A stretch of DNA of 62,459 nucleotides, the filler included, from Stramenopiles sp. TOSAG23-2 (lineage: Eukaryota): assembly GCA_900128395.1 (NCBI GenBank). It is 20 parts of 20 records of this genome, joined end to end, with 100 filler letters (N's around TTAATTAATTAA, not from the genome) between each part and the next. Parts side by side here need not be neighbours in the genome. Positions count along the whole stretch, not along the records: positions 9,748 to 12,893 come from LT651351.1; positions 12,994 to 16,139 come from LT651352.1; positions 16,240 to 19,384 come from LT651353.1; positions 19,485 to 22,628 come from LT651354.1; positions 22,729 to 25,871 come from LT651355.1; 15 more parts are not named here. One strand, written 5' to 3'. Below the pieces are notes generated by a model. The model searched no databases. It saw only the letters and a list, made by a program, of their open reading frames with translations, and was not told the DNA's origin. Positions within the stretch are counted from its first letter, which is position 1, and every line of letters begins with the position of its first letter. Made by a program: the position numbers and the translations under genes. This document shows, piece by piece, positions 10,659 to 23,391 of the stretch.

Positions 10659-11017
10659 ATATTTTATTTTTTTTAAAATATATTCTTCTCTATATTCGTA
10701 TAAAATATTTAATTCGTGCGAATAATGAAACGTATTTACCGAAGCTTCTTGGTAGGGATTTAAACTGAGTAGGCAGAGAGTATAGCTAGTTTAAGTATTT
10801 TAAGATCTTTACTGTTCGTAATTTTATAAAATACGTAAAAATTTTTAATACGGCGCGTAAAAAAATATATTTTTATCAAAAGTAGAGAGGATCCTCTCTA
10901 ATCAAAAGTACATATGCATATCTTAATATATATCTCATATGATATCATATCTTTTTTTATCGTCATTGAAAAATAATTTTTATTAGGTACTGGTCGGTGT
11001 GTTTGTCTTACTGTTTT

Positions 11018-12060
11018 TTACTTTTCCTTTTTCTCCTTTTCATTACAACAATTTGTTTTCATCTCTTTCAGCATTATATTTGTAATGACTTCCTGCCTTA
11101 AATACATAACACCTGCAGCGGTAACGCAAAGACAAATACGTTGTAACCATGNNNNNNNNNNNNNNNNNNNNNNNNNNNNNNNNNNNNNNNNNNNNNNNNN
11201 NNNNNNNNNNNNNNNNNNNNNNNNNNNNNNNNNNNCCTGAATACATAACACCTGCAGCGGTAACGCAAAGACAAATACGTTGTAACCATGTGTTGAAATT
11301 TAATGAAACGCACATGAAATATAATATGTAAAAATTAAATATATGTACTAATGTATATACAGTAAATGTGATAACTGAGAAAATACATTTCAATTGTATC
11401 AAAAAATTTGGTAAAATAGTCGTAAGATTCCAAAACATATTTGCATCTTCCATTATTAAAATACTTAATATATATCCAGACCCACCATATGTAGTATATA
11501 AAAATACGAGTACCAATGAAGCACCAGTTAAATGATGTATTACTTGCAATCCTGAACAAATACTAATATCTTTTACAAAATATGCAATTAAAATAAATGC
11601 ATCATATCGTAACCAACAAATACCATTATCACTCATATCATTATTACATTCATCTAATGTAGTACTTAAAAATTTATTTAAATCAAAATCATACTGTTTT
11701 AGTGTAACATACGTTAAATATGGAAAAACGAAAAATTGCGTTGCCCAGCACATATAATACGTCCATAATGGTGATCCCTCATATTCCACTTTCCATTCCG
11801 GTTTGATACAAAATTTAATTAATATTTGATTCATAATAAAACCAATGATAACAGATATGAACAATATATATAAAAATTCATTTGCAGGTTGTCCGCCTAA
11901 TTGTAATAATAAAACCAATGATAACAGATATGAACAATATATATAAAAATTCATTTGCAGGTTGTCCGCCTAATTGTATCCCGTCAAACACGTTCAACAT
12001 GTTATTCAACATTTCCATCCTTTTAGCTGTTGTTATTCTCTTCTTCACTGCGATTTCCAT
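11018..12060 (-). CDS. TLC (TRAM/LAG1/CLN8)-domain membrane protein, split by duplication artefacts
   Basis: AYFVKD...VIHHL...IMEDANMFWN...F..VH is a TLC pattern. Collapsing the 73-bp duplication (11834-11978) and the gap-flanking duplication (around 11152-11235) joins ORFs 11878..12060, 11043..11954 and 11018..11251. Confidence 0.7.
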
Positions 12061-13350
12061 TTATATACCGTGTATACCTTGTATGTATAAGAATATATAA
12101 TATTTTTGCTTCTCTCTTGTGTTTTATGCATTTTAGTATATGCATTCTTATATTTTTCTGTGGCCAGATGATCGATGGACGGAGAATATAGGTTTTTTTA
12201 CGGATATTTTTTCCTGTAAACACTATATGAATACTGTGTAGTGTGTTTCGTATTTGCAATTATAGAATTAATTTAGCATTGGAATATTATTAATATGAGG
12301 TTTTCCCGTTCTCGTATAAATGAAATAAAAGTTGGAAAATTTGGAGTTCGAAATGTGGAAATTTGAGGTCCCAGGAAGGTATAAAAGTATATAGGGGATT
12401 CGTACGCAGATATTTAGTACAGTATTGTATAGTGTGCTGTTCATATAGACTCTAATAGCACTTAGCACTTAGCACTATATAGTATATAGCTGGCTGTGCT
12501 GGCTGAAGGCATCTTTTAGCATGGGGTTAGTACTCTAATTTTTGTATTTATCAAAAAGCAAAAAGCAGGTGGAAAAACGCTTGAAAATAATAAATAATGC
12601 CCCAATGCCTGGAATGCCGTTATCACATTGCTTTCCAAAATAGAAATACCGATGGAAACAAAATATACACAGAGACGAAGTTAAATTTACAGTGTTAGTA
12701 TAAAGATATTTAACATTATAGTTTGAATTCATCTGTTTTTCTTTATTTATAGATAGAGAGATAGAGAGATATTTATTTGTATTGAATATTATTATTTTAT
12801 TATTTTATTATTATTATTTAATTTGAGAAATCATTCAACATAAATAAAAATATGACAGATACAGGTGTAGGATACAACCCAAACGATAGTACTNNNNNNN
12901 NNNNNNNNNNNNNNNNNNNNNNNNNNNNNNNNNNNNNTTAATTAATTAANNNNNNNNNNNNNNNNNNNNNNNNNNNNNNNNNNNNNNNNNNNNTACATAT
13001 GATTGATACATGTATTTTTTTCTTATCGATTATCAGAAATAGAAATCATATGTGCATATCTCTGTCTATCAATGTAATTACAAAATGTAGCATATTTATT
13101 AATTAATAATAAAATATTTATTTTTTTTATTTTTATTAAAATTTTGATAGGTTTAAAATAATTTACTATACGATGTATTATACTTGAGTTATTAAACATA
13201 AATTAGATTTTATTTCATCTCCACATAACTTATTCGACTACTTCGATGATTATTATTACGACTATGAATATCCTCCTCGATGTCGTCATCATGAAATGAT
13301 AAATATTCATTGTAATTATTATACTTGAGTTATTAAACATAAATTAGATT

Positions 13351-15123
13351 TTATTTCATCTCCACATAACTTATTCGACTACTTCGATGATTATTATTAC
13401 GACTATGAATATCCTCCTCGATGTCGTCATCATGAAATGATAAATATTCATTGTAATCATCATGGTACATGTCTTCTCCACAACATTTTCGAGGGCACCA
13501 TTTGATCCTTTCCTCCACGTTGTTTGGATCAAATTTTTCTTTTTCAATATCAATTTTCCTTGCAATTACAAGAACAAAAAGTATGTAATAGATGATACCT
13601 ATACATAACGAGAATATACCAAATAAAACATATCCATCACCAAGTTTATTACAATATTCATTAACTTCACAATTAACTTTACCACAAAATCTTACTTGTT
13701 TCGTAGTATTACCATCAATTGTTTCTGTAAATATATATTTGCCTTGATACTCTGTATTCAAGGTGCCATCACAAATTCCATTATTATGTTCTTTTGCAAT
13801 TTCTTGAAATGCATTACGAATTGGATTTCGTATACTCATCCAAATTTTACTTCCTAGATTCATGAAAGTCATCAAAACGGTAATAAATGTCCCAGGGCAA
13901 CTAGTTGGTGTTATTCTAGATGCATATGAAATTATTAATATGTACACAACTTTCCGGAAAGGTATTCCTATTAAATTTACTATAGTTCTAAAAGGAAACA
14001 CCCAGGTTTCTTTGCCATTGCCATTTGTTGTCCCGTCCATATAAGGTGGTATTACCATTGTACAAAAATATGAGATCCAGCCAATAATACATATTGGATA
14101 CAATATTTTTAATCTTTTTATTCCATCAACACGTGCACCAATATATTGTGTAATTAGAAATATTGAAATAGCTGTTGGTAAAGCATCAATTATGCCTACT
14201 ATTGCAACATCATCCTTTGTATACCCTAAATTTCGTAAATCTACTTTACTCAGAAGTGCTGCTTCACCCCAAAATAGAGCAGAAGCATAGAATGCAATTG
14301 CTATAAACAATGCATTCTGATTGGTAACAATTCTATACAATTCTTTATATGCTCTTTTTAAATTATTATTATTATTATTACATGTTGTATTATTTGTAAT
14401 GTCATCATCAATTAAAATGTCGCTGTTGTTATTATCGACATCATCATTTTCTTTTGCTTTAAATATTAAACAAGCTGAAATTAAACTTACAATTCCAATT
14501 GCTGTAAAACATGATCTAACACCAATTCTTTGCTCTAAATAAATAAATGCAACCCCACCACCACTACTACCAAAAGTATAACCTAAAGTTTGTATTAAAG
14601 CAAAATAACCAATGTTTTTTCCTTGCAAAGCAAGTACAGCAGATCCATCTAAAGCAACATCTGCAATAGCATTAATCAATATTATCGGAAACAGGTGGGC
14701 AAATAATAACGGTGCGTTTGGACATGAATCATCTGGGTCAATAAATGACCAAGTGAAAGTAAGTACAAAAAATATAACTGCAGAAAGAATGCTAGCTACC
14801 AGCATATAACCTCGACGATGAAATTTGTGACTGAAACAAAATAAAGGTATAAAATCAACTATCGGTGCAATCAATAGTTTGAGTGAAAAAGGCCAAAACA
14901 CATTGTCTAAATACGTTTGAACATAATATTTATCTGCGCATTCATGAACTTCATGTGCCATATATGTACCAAGCACCCCGGGAATTTGTAACAGAACACC
15001 TTGAATTAAATAAAAAAAAGTAAACAATGCAATAACATCTATTTGTTCCCATGGATTTGGAATATTATCTTCTTCCATTATATTTTGATGTTCTTTGGGT
15101 GGGGTATTCTTGTTTTGTTTCAT
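13351..15123 (-). CDS. MFS acetyl-CoA transporter-like protein (SLC33A1/AmpG family)
   Basis: YLIQG, WPFSLKLLIAPIVD, RRGY, DVALDG, GTFITVLMTFMNLG, a Cys-rich late loop and DGY; about 11-12 TM segments. Both ends are duplicated by artefact; start placed at the ATG at 15123. Confidence 0.8.
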   Translation of the reverse strand: MKQNKNTPPKEHQNIMEEDNIPNPWEQIDVIALFTFFYLIQGVLLQIPGVLGTYMAHEVHECADKYYVQTYLDNVFWPFSLKLLIAPIVDFIPLFCFSHKFHRRGYMLVASILSAVIFFVLTFTWSFIDPDDSCPNAPLLFAHLFPIILINAIADVALDGSAVLALQGKNIGYFALIQTLGYTFGSSGGGVAFIYLEQRIGVRSCFTAIGIVSLISACLIFKAKENDDVDNNNSDILIDDDITNNTTCNNNNNNLKRAYKELYRIVTNQNALFIAIAFYASALFWGEAALLSKVDLRNLGYTKDDVAIVGIIDALPTAISIFLITQYIGARVDGIKRLKILYPICIIGWISYFCTMVIPPYMDGTTNGNGKETWVFPFRTIVNLIGIPFRKVVYILIISYASRITPTSCPGTFITVLMTFMNLGSKIWMSIRNPIRNAFQEIAKEHNNGICDGTLNTEYQGKYIFTETIDGNTTKQVRFCGKVNCEVNEYCNKLGDGYVLFGIFSLCIGIIYYILFVLVIARKIDIEKEKFDPNNVEERIKWCPRKCCGEDMYHDDYNEYLSFHDDDIEEDIHSRNNNHRSSRISYVEMK

Positions 15124-16467
15124 TGTATTGCTATATTCTATATATTGCAAAACGTGATGATGTGTTCCCATGGATTTGGAATATTATCTTCTTCCATTAT
15201 ATTTTGATGTTCTTTGGGTGGGGTATTCTTGTTTTGTTTCATTGTATTGCTATATTCTATATATTGCAAAACGTGATGATGTGTTATACAAATAAAAATA
15301 AAGGTGGGTGGGTTCAATAATATGGAGAGATGTGAGATGTATGTGATGTATGTATATTTACTTCTTTTTCTTATCGTTTGCAATAATATATATATATATA
15401 GTACTATATGTATTATCATTCAAAGCTATTATTTATATAAGAAATTAAAATATATATATAAAAAGATATTATTTATTATTTATTTTTTTCAATAGTAAAT
15501 AGAGTTATATTAATATGTTGAACTAGCTATTTACAACTGACCGAGTCGCCACTTTGCCACTTTCTTACAAATTATATTAGACAACCACTAAGTATAATTT
15601 CATGTATACTAAAATTTCTATCAATACCAAATATACGTAGGAAGATTAGTAAATATATGAATACAATAAATTATACTTCATACTTCATATGTACATATTT
15701 AGCCAAAAAGTAAGATTGATTTTAGTAGAAATTTGTTTATTGTGATAATCATTTTTACCTTAATGAATATATTTTTACGAGAAAAATTTCCATCGCAACA
15801 ACAACAAATGTACCGTTGCGTTGGCCAGTTGGAAGCACACATCTATAAAAAATAAAAATGCATTTATATGTACAGACTGTTAGATGTGAAAATACCTAAT
15901 ATGAATTGAATTATATATATATATATGTATGTATATATCCCCTCTCCTATATTCAAGGATAAGGTACAATCGTGTTTTCTAATTATTTTGTAAGGTTACA
16001 TTATAATATATTTTTTGTAAAATGGTGGAGTATGCAACGAAAGGCAAGGGTATTCTCAATAATACGCAACGACCTATGACCTCAATCGACTCTATATCTG
16101 AAGTTATTGATAAGCCAAATTTTTATCCTTCCGCATCTCNNNNNNNNNNNNNNNNNNNNNNNNNNNNNNNNNNNNNNNNNNNNTTAATTAATTAANNNNN
16201 NNNNNNNNNNNNNNNNNNNNNNNNNNNNNNNNNNNNNNNCGTCTATATAAATTATTAATGTTATTGTTATAATGAACTATAATTTCATGATCCATTCTAT
16301 GTATATTGGTATATGTCAAAAACGACATCATTCTATTTCTAATAATTTAAATTGCACATACAATTTATATTCTTATAAATTATTACAGCACACTACTACA
16401 TATCGAAATAGAAAGAAGAAGATAAGCACATATTATATAATAATGCCATGGAATGCCAGGAATGTCT

Positions 16468-16575
16468 CTGGCAATCCTGCTAAGGCCTGCCCAGCCTGGC
16501 AATCCTGGCTGGCTGGCAATCCTGGCAATCTGGCAATCCAGCAATCTGGCAATCCAGCAATCTGGCAATCCAGCA
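16468..16575. repeat. Degenerate tandem array of (CT)GGCAATC / CAGCAATC units upstream of the NEK gene
   Basis: CTGGCAATC occurs seven times, including (CTGGCAATCCAGCAAT)x3, forming a GC-rich patch in AT-rich DNA. Confidence 0.8.
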
Positions 16576-16985
16576 AAATGGTGCAACAAAGAAGAAGAGA
16601 ATTAAGAGTGCTGTGGGAGAGCTGGCTGGGTTGGCCAGGTTGATATTAAGGTATAATACTGAACACCTTAAAACCGCAACATGAACGTTGCTTTTGTCGT
16701 CGCGGTCTGCTGCATCGTAGTCTATGCTCTGCTATGCTCTGCGATGTTACAATAGTAAAAAAAAAATAATAATAACTGTACAATTGTATTACCATACTAA
16801 TTTTCAAACTAGAGTCTATATATATTCATAATAATATCGATATAAATATTAAATACAGTATACATCATATACAACAGAGATTAAAAACAAACAATATTAG
16901 TTATATATAACGATAATAAAGAAAGATTATAAGAGTTGTTAAACTAAAGAAAAAAAAGAAAGAAGAAAATAATAGTACAATAATA

Positions 16986-18317
16986 ATGGATCAGTACAGA
17001 GTATTAGATTTAGTCGGTAAAGGCTCTTTCGGTGTTGTTAGAAAAATTCAACGTCGTTCAGATGGACGTATACTTGTATGGAAAGAATTAAATTATGGTT
17101 CCATGAGTGACAAAGAAAAACAGTTAGTAGTATCAGAGGTCAATATACTTCGGGAATTACGCCATCCACATATACTTCGTTATTACGATAGGATCATTGA
17201 TAAACCAACCACGAAACTTTTTGTTATTACTGAATATTGCGAAGGTGGTGATCTAGGCAAACTTATCAAACGATACAGGGCTAAAGCTGGTAAAATTGAT
17301 GAGCAACGTATTTGGAAATATTTTGCACAAATTATTATGGCACTTTCCGCTTGTCATAGACGTAAAGAAAAAGGCATTTTGAAACCAATTTTACATCGCG
17401 ACATTAAACCAGCAAACGTCTTTCTCGACCGACATGGCAATGTAAAAATGGGGGATTTTGGCTTGGCTAGGGAACTAAGTAGCCAATCAAAATTTGCACG
17501 TACAAATGTTGGTACACCATATTACATGTCGCCAGAACAAACGAACGGCTTGAAATATGACGAAAGATCGGATATATGGGCAGTCGGTTGCGTGTTGTAT
17601 GAATTAGCTGCTTTACGACCTCCATTCCAAGCAAGAAATCAAGTTGCACTCGCAATGAAAATCAATGCTGGAAAATTTGATCGCATTCCGATGCATTATA
17701 GTGATGACTTGCACCGTGCAATACGCTGGATGTTGCATATCAATTTGAAAAACAGACCTAGAGTTGAAGAATGCCAAAGTATCCCACAAGTGAAGGCATA
17801 TTACGCATCGCAACAACAAAAACAACAAACAGGAATAGCAGGCAACAACAATGTTAAAAAGGGGAACAGTGTTAAAACTAGTACATCAACTAGTGCATTG
17901 GTTGCACGTGAAAGGAAGGTTTCAGAGAAAGAAATGGAATTATCCAGACGTGAAAAAAAATTAAATGAAAATATTGAAAAAATCAAAAAAGAAGATAAAT
18001 TATTAAAAGAAAGAGAAAGTAATTTAAAACGCTTGGAGCAAAAATTATTAAGATTACAAACAGACTTAACACTTCGCGAGACACGATTAGAAACCGCTGA
18101 AATGGAAATGCGATTAAAGCAACGTACCGCTTCCGTTACAACTTCAAAAACAGCAACAAGTTATTTATCAAATAATAATTATACAACGACAGGACAAAAA
18201 AAAATGGATAGTAATAAATGGGCATCATCGGCAAAACCGTTTGATAACAAAACAAATGCAATGAATTATCATGGTTATAATATTACAAGTGAAACTACAA
18301 AACTAACAGAATTGTAA
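16986..18317 (+). CDS. NIMA-related Ser/Thr kinase (NEK2/NIMA-like)
   Basis: GKGSFG, LVWKELNYGSMSDKEKQLVVSEVNILREL, HRDIKPAN, DFGLAR, VGTPYYMSPE, C-terminal coiled coil. Confidence 0.93.
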   Translation: MDQYRVLDLVGKGSFGVVRKIQRRSDGRILVWKELNYGSMSDKEKQLVVSEVNILRELRHPHILRYYDRIIDKPTTKLFVITEYCEGGDLGKLIKRYRAKAGKIDEQRIWKYFAQIIMALSACHRRKEKGILKPILHRDIKPANVFLDRHGNVKMGDFGLARELSSQSKFARTNVGTPYYMSPEQTNGLKYDERSDIWAVGCVLYELAALRPPFQARNQVALAMKINAGKFDRIPMHYSDDLHRAIRWMLHINLKNRPRVEECQSIPQVKAYYASQQQKQQTGIAGNNNVKKGNSVKTSTSTSALVARERKVSEKEMELSRREKKLNENIEKIKKEDKLLKERESNLKRLEQKLLRLQTDLTLRETRLETAEMEMRLKQRTASVTTSKTATSYLSNNNYTTTGQKKMDSNKWASSAKPFDNKTNAMNYHGYNITSETTKLTEL

Positions 18318-18604
18318 AAATAAATGAAATATGATATGATAACTTTGTTACATATAATACGCATGCCTTTCATTAAATATTTATATACCAAGATAGCGTC
18401 ACTACTATCATAAATAAAACAGAAGAGTAAAAAGCAATTATAATAATAATAAATAAATAAATAAAAAAGCATACGAAGTATGAGATAAGAAACAGATATG
18501 GTATGATATGATATTATGTGATACTCGTATGATATATCATGCTCGTATATCAAGAGATATTAAATGGATATTGGTGAATGATATATAAATTCATACGAAA
18601 GAAT

Positions 18605-18673
18605 ATACGCGGATACGCGGAGATACGCGGAGATACGCGGAGATACGCGGAGATACGCGGATACGCGGAGATA
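18605..18673. repeat. Minisatellite (GATACGCGGA)n
   Basis: Seven copies of the ATACGCGG core with an 8-10 bp period. Confidence 0.9.
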
Positions 18674-19876
18674 GAGAGTGCGAGATGAGAATAAACCAAA
18701 AGGACCACACAGAGAGAGAGAGATTAAAAAATATAATTGGATTTATTTTTTAATTTTTTTTTTATTTTTTAATATAATGGTTAAAATCTAAGTTATAATA
18801 TTTTTACACTTCTCGTGTTAAGTAATATGCTCAATACTCAATCGCAAGAATAATAATGTTATCCTACTATAGTAAAGCTCTAATGCACCTCTGCAAACTA
18901 ATACTCTACAAGCACAAGTATTATAAAAAAAAATATATATATAAGCATAAATATATGATATTTAAAAATATATCCTGCCTCAGTTATTGTATTCTTTTGA
19001 AGACTATGATATAGGAATTATCATGTGGGTAAATTACTTGATACGAACCTTCGTAGTATTTTTTATAAAAATAATTTTTTTATAAAAAGGATATGTTATC
19101 ATATATTTAATATCGTAGATCATACGCGTATTACGTTTGTATTTTTAATATTATATTTAAATAATATACACATTGTCATATATCATATCATATATCATAT
19201 GGTATTATATGATATTTCGTATGATATGATATGACACATTATTTTCAATTTTTATATATTATATATATGATATTATCGCCTGGCGGGCTGGGTAGAAAAT
19301 CTTTCTTTTTACGAATCACTACTATTCAACAAAAGTTTTTTTCTGAGAAACATAAAGACTAGAGTCCATAAATATGCGGTTTGTNNNNNNNNNNNNNNNN
19401 NNNNNNNNNNNNNNNNNNNNNNNNNNNNTTAATTAATTAANNNNNNNNNNNNNNNNNNNNNNNNNNNNNNNNNNNNNNNNNNNNTTCAAAATGTGATTAT
19501 ATGACAGAGTGCAACCCGTCTTGTTGATTCTATTTATATATTAATTTCAATTAGACTTTATATTTAATGGTGAAAAAAAAAGAAGAGAATTTGTTTGTTG
19601 AAAGAATTAGAATGAATTCATCAAAAAAAATATTAATATATACTTCACTCTCTGTTGTTGAAAGGAAAACAGAAATGGTATTTATACCAAAACGTAGAAG
19701 ATCTACCGAATTGCATCAATTAATATATATATATAATCAAAAAAAATTTCTACATCATATATATAGAAAACAACCAAAAAGCATAAGATCTACCGAATTT
19801 CATCAATTAATATATATATATATATATATATATTATACAATTAAAAAATTCCTACAAATAAGAACACATTGATATC

Positions 19877-21267
19877 ATGTTCATTTTAAATCAATTATCA
19901 TTAGTATTTATATTATTGTTATTATTATTTTCACTATGTGCAACAACAGCAACAACATTTCAACAAGATGAAAATACAAATAATAAATGTGGCATATTGA
20001 ATGTATTAGACTTTGGTGCAAAAGGTGATGGCGAAACGTTAGATACAAGTGCCATACAACATACATTTGATGCTGCGTTGAATAAAATGGGATGTATCAT
20101 TCTATTTCCATCCAACCATGTATATTTAACTGGACCATTTAATATTACTTCAACTGGAAATATTGAAATTCAAATTGAACAAGATGCAACCATTCAATTT
20201 TCAGCAAAACGATCTTTACATCCAAAAATTTTCGATCCACATGTTACAGATAAATTACGTTATCAACCCTTGTTTTTTTGTGAATTCAATTGCCCCAATG
20301 TAAATATTACTGGAGGTGGTACAATTGATGGAATGGGACAAGATTGGTGGGCACCAGTACCAACTGGAATGAAACCAAGTAAAAATTTAAATGCACCAGT
20401 TACTGTTGAATGTACATGGTGTGATAATTTCAATGTACAAAATATATTGATTAAACAATGTCCATTTGTTTGTTTACATATTAATAATAGTACCAATGCA
20501 TATGTTTCAAATATAACTATGACGAATCCAATTGATTCACCGAATACAGCATGTGTATATGCAGATGGTTTAACCAATTCACGTATTACTAAATCAAGTT
20601 TTAGTTGTGGGGATGATCATATTACTGTACTTGCTATGACAACGAAAACGGTAAATATGTTAATTGATGAGTCAGTATTTTATCATGGGCAAGGTTTGAC
20701 ACTAGTAAGTAATATTTTCTATTCCACTAAATCTGAGAAAAAAAGACACCTTCTCTAACACCTATCACACCCATTCATATACGCTATATATGCTTCACAA
20801 CACAGGGATCACAAGTATTTCATGGTATGGAAAATGTTACATGGCGAAATATTAAAATGATTGGTGGATTAACTGGTATACGTATCAAATCACAACGTGG
20901 AAAAGGTGGTGATATTACAGGTTTAGTATATGAAAATATACAATTACGTTCTGTTGGAATTATGGTTAGTGTGGAAATGGATTATCATCATACTGGTATT
21001 GTTAGTAAAAATCCGCCATCCTTTAATGGTGTAATTCTTCGTAACATAACCGGTTGGGGTGATTTAGCTGGATATATTTCCTGTTTACCAGAAAGTCCAT
21101 GTAAAGATTGGAAATTTGATAATGTTTTTCCAGATGGTACCTCTGAAGTTGTGTTACCATACCATTGCAATGATTATTTCATCGATGCTACATGTACCAA
21201 TTGTGGCAGTTGGCCAAAATTATGCAACGGAATGGAAAAGAAGAAGAAGAAGAACGAGATATGGTGA
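19877..21267 (+). CDS. Secreted glycoside hydrolase family 28 (polygalacturonase-like); exons 19877-20704 and 20806-21267
   Basis: Signal peptide, NVLDFGAKGDG, GGGTIDGMG, GDD, RIKS. Removing the GTAAGT...CAG intron (20705-20805) gives in-frame HGQGLTLGS, matching the GHGxSIGS motif. Confidence 0.88.
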
Positions 21268-21651
21268 TGGTGATGATGGAAGAGAAGGCCAGAAGAAGAA
21301 GAAGAGGACGATGATGAAGTATATGATGCATATACATATGTATATAGATGAAACCAACAACAATAAACTGAGAGAGGCACACACTATGGCTGAAATAAGC
21401 CCTTTTTACAACGTGCAAAAACCATCAATTTTTTCATCTAATTTTCATCTAATTTTTCATCATTTTTTCATCTAATTTTCATCTCTGTTTTAACCCTGAG
21501 CCTAACACTATCAGGCGTGCGCCATGCTAATTGAAAATCCTCTGGAACTTTTTGATATGGCTAAAGTTTTTGCATTAATGGTTTTATAGTGTTTTAGTAC
21601 GATACCAAGCTTTGTCCCTAGTTCCGCAATTATTTGCATGTGACAACAGAC

Positions 21652-21890
21652 TTATTTGTTACATCTGAAATTTACAACAACAGACTTATTTGTTACATCT
21701 AAATTGCTTTTTAATTTAGTATCTCCAACTACTTCTAATGAATCACCTAAATTTACCGAAGAAACAACACTTAAACTTCCAACTACAGATGTATTACCTT
21801 GTATATACATTGTGCTATCGAATTGTCCAGGTCCTGTAACACTTAGATTATAAAGTTGATACAATTGTAACTAATTTACCTACATGTGCT
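21652..21890 (-). pseudogene. Fragment of a beta-repeat (fibre/polymer-forming-like) protein
   Basis: About 12-aa periodic Val/Gly/Ser repeats (NLSVTGPGQFDSTMYIQGNTSVVGSLSVVSSVNLGDSLEVVGDTKLKSNLDV). No ATG start; a similar unit (HVGKLVTIVSTL) lies upstream in another frame. Confidence 0.4.
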
Positions 21891-21897
21891 AATAATA

Positions 21898-22590
21898 ATG
21901 GACAATAAATTGAATAAATTGAAGAGAGTATGCGAAAGAATTAATGAAAACCGCAGAGATCGAAATGTAAGCTATGTTATAAATGAATACCACAAATTGG
22001 TGCATGCATATTTAATTGAGTTGCCCCCCAGGGTTATCGAAGCAAGTCACCAGGATCACGGTACTCGATATATGTGGTATAAGTACCATATAAACGTATG
22101 TGGCGGTAAAACCTTGGACATTTGTGTGGAAACACACTTATGGGATAATGAGACAGATTATATTGTCCACCCACGCACGCCAGAGAAGGTGAATAACAGA
22201 ATTGGCTTTGCCCTTAGTGGCAACGAATTCTATGGTAATGCAATTAACCTAGATGCTCTGCACACACCAATGCATCATCGTGGGAAAGGTATTACGCAGC
22301 CAATTGTGCTGAGTGTTTTGGCAGATATGAAGAGTGTGGGAATGAAATGGTCCATTGTTAAAAGTGATACAACAACCTGGTATAATAAGATTGGATATAA
22401 GGATCACACATTACATGGACGTTTCATGGATATGGATACTGTAACAGACAATTTGCACAGAAGATTTGGATGGGAATCAGAAACTTTCCTTTGGAAGAAG
22501 ATGTCTATGTTTTTATTGAATGTTTGGGACAATGATATTTACTCAAAAGTCGACCGCCACATTTACATTTCTAAGGGAATATGCTATTAG
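21898..22590 (+). CDS. GNAT-fold acetyltransferase-like protein
   Basis: LDALHTPMHHRGKGITQPIV (motif A, RxxG) and WYNKIGY (motif B-like). Confidence 0.55.
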   Translation: MDNKLNKLKRVCERINENRRDRNVSYVINEYHKLVHAYLIELPPRVIEASHQDHGTRYMWYKYHINVCGGKTLDICVETHLWDNETDYIVHPRTPEKVNNRIGFALSGNEFYGNAINLDALHTPMHHRGKGITQPIVLSVLADMKSVGMKWSIVKSDTTTWYNKIGYKDHTLHGRFMDMDTVTDNLHRRFGWESETFLWKKMSMFLLNVWDNDIYSKVDRHIYISKGICY

Positions 22591-23391
22591 TATTCCCCAG
22601 TCCCTCCATATGCTTCATTGTTAGCATTNNNNNNNNNNNNNNNNNNNNNNNNNNNNNNNNNNNNNNNNNNNNTTAATTAATTAANNNNNNNNNNNNNNNN
22701 NNNNNNNNNNNNNNNNNNNNNNNNNNNNAAATTAGTATACTAAAATAGAAGTTTTGATAGGGGTGTATCGCAGGTCTCAGGTATTAGGTACTGTACTGTA
22801 GTTCTTGGTTTCTTTTTCCTTTTTCCAATTTCCCAAAGACCAAAGACACACCATTATAATCGCCAGCCTGGCCAGCCTTTTTGTATTAAACTTAAACACT
22901 ACCACCTGAATATAATCACGCATTGACTTTTTGCTCTTTGTGTTGCCTGGTTTGCCAGTTTGCTGGTTTGCTCTTGACTCTTGATGCGACGTTACACGCT
23001 TTCCTGGCTGTCCATCCTTCCAGCCTTCCAGCTTCCATGAAAAAAATTACCATCATCATACTGGCATACATCATATTATTATTAATAATATACATATAAT
23101 AATAAAAAATATATTATAGTAATTATTTATTAATTAATTATATTACATGTATTGCACTATTGTTTGTAACTTTTTTTCATCTTATTGCAATTTTTACTAA
23201 ATGATCTGCCCCATAACATACCCCCACAACTTTGAAAGAGTATTTGTCAATTAACGAAATATGCCTTTGTCTAGTAATATTGCAAAACAGATACAAAAAT
23301 CAAAATTACTTAAAATAGAGTTAAAACCAATCTTATCTGCCCCATAACATACCCCCACAACTTTGAAAGAGTATTTGTCAATTAACGAAAT

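Noticed and set aside
16272-16643. ORFs over the CTGGCAATC array, or a CRISPR-like reading of it
   Set aside because: The units are 8-9 bp with no unique spacers and there are no cas genes; the ORFs merely translate the repeat.
19025-19872. Short Ile/Tyr/Phe-rich ORFs in AT-rich intergenic DNA (also e.g. 5439, 12023, 15138, 24912, 52211)
   Set aside because: Their composition reflects TA microsatellites and AT bias, with no recognisable motifs.
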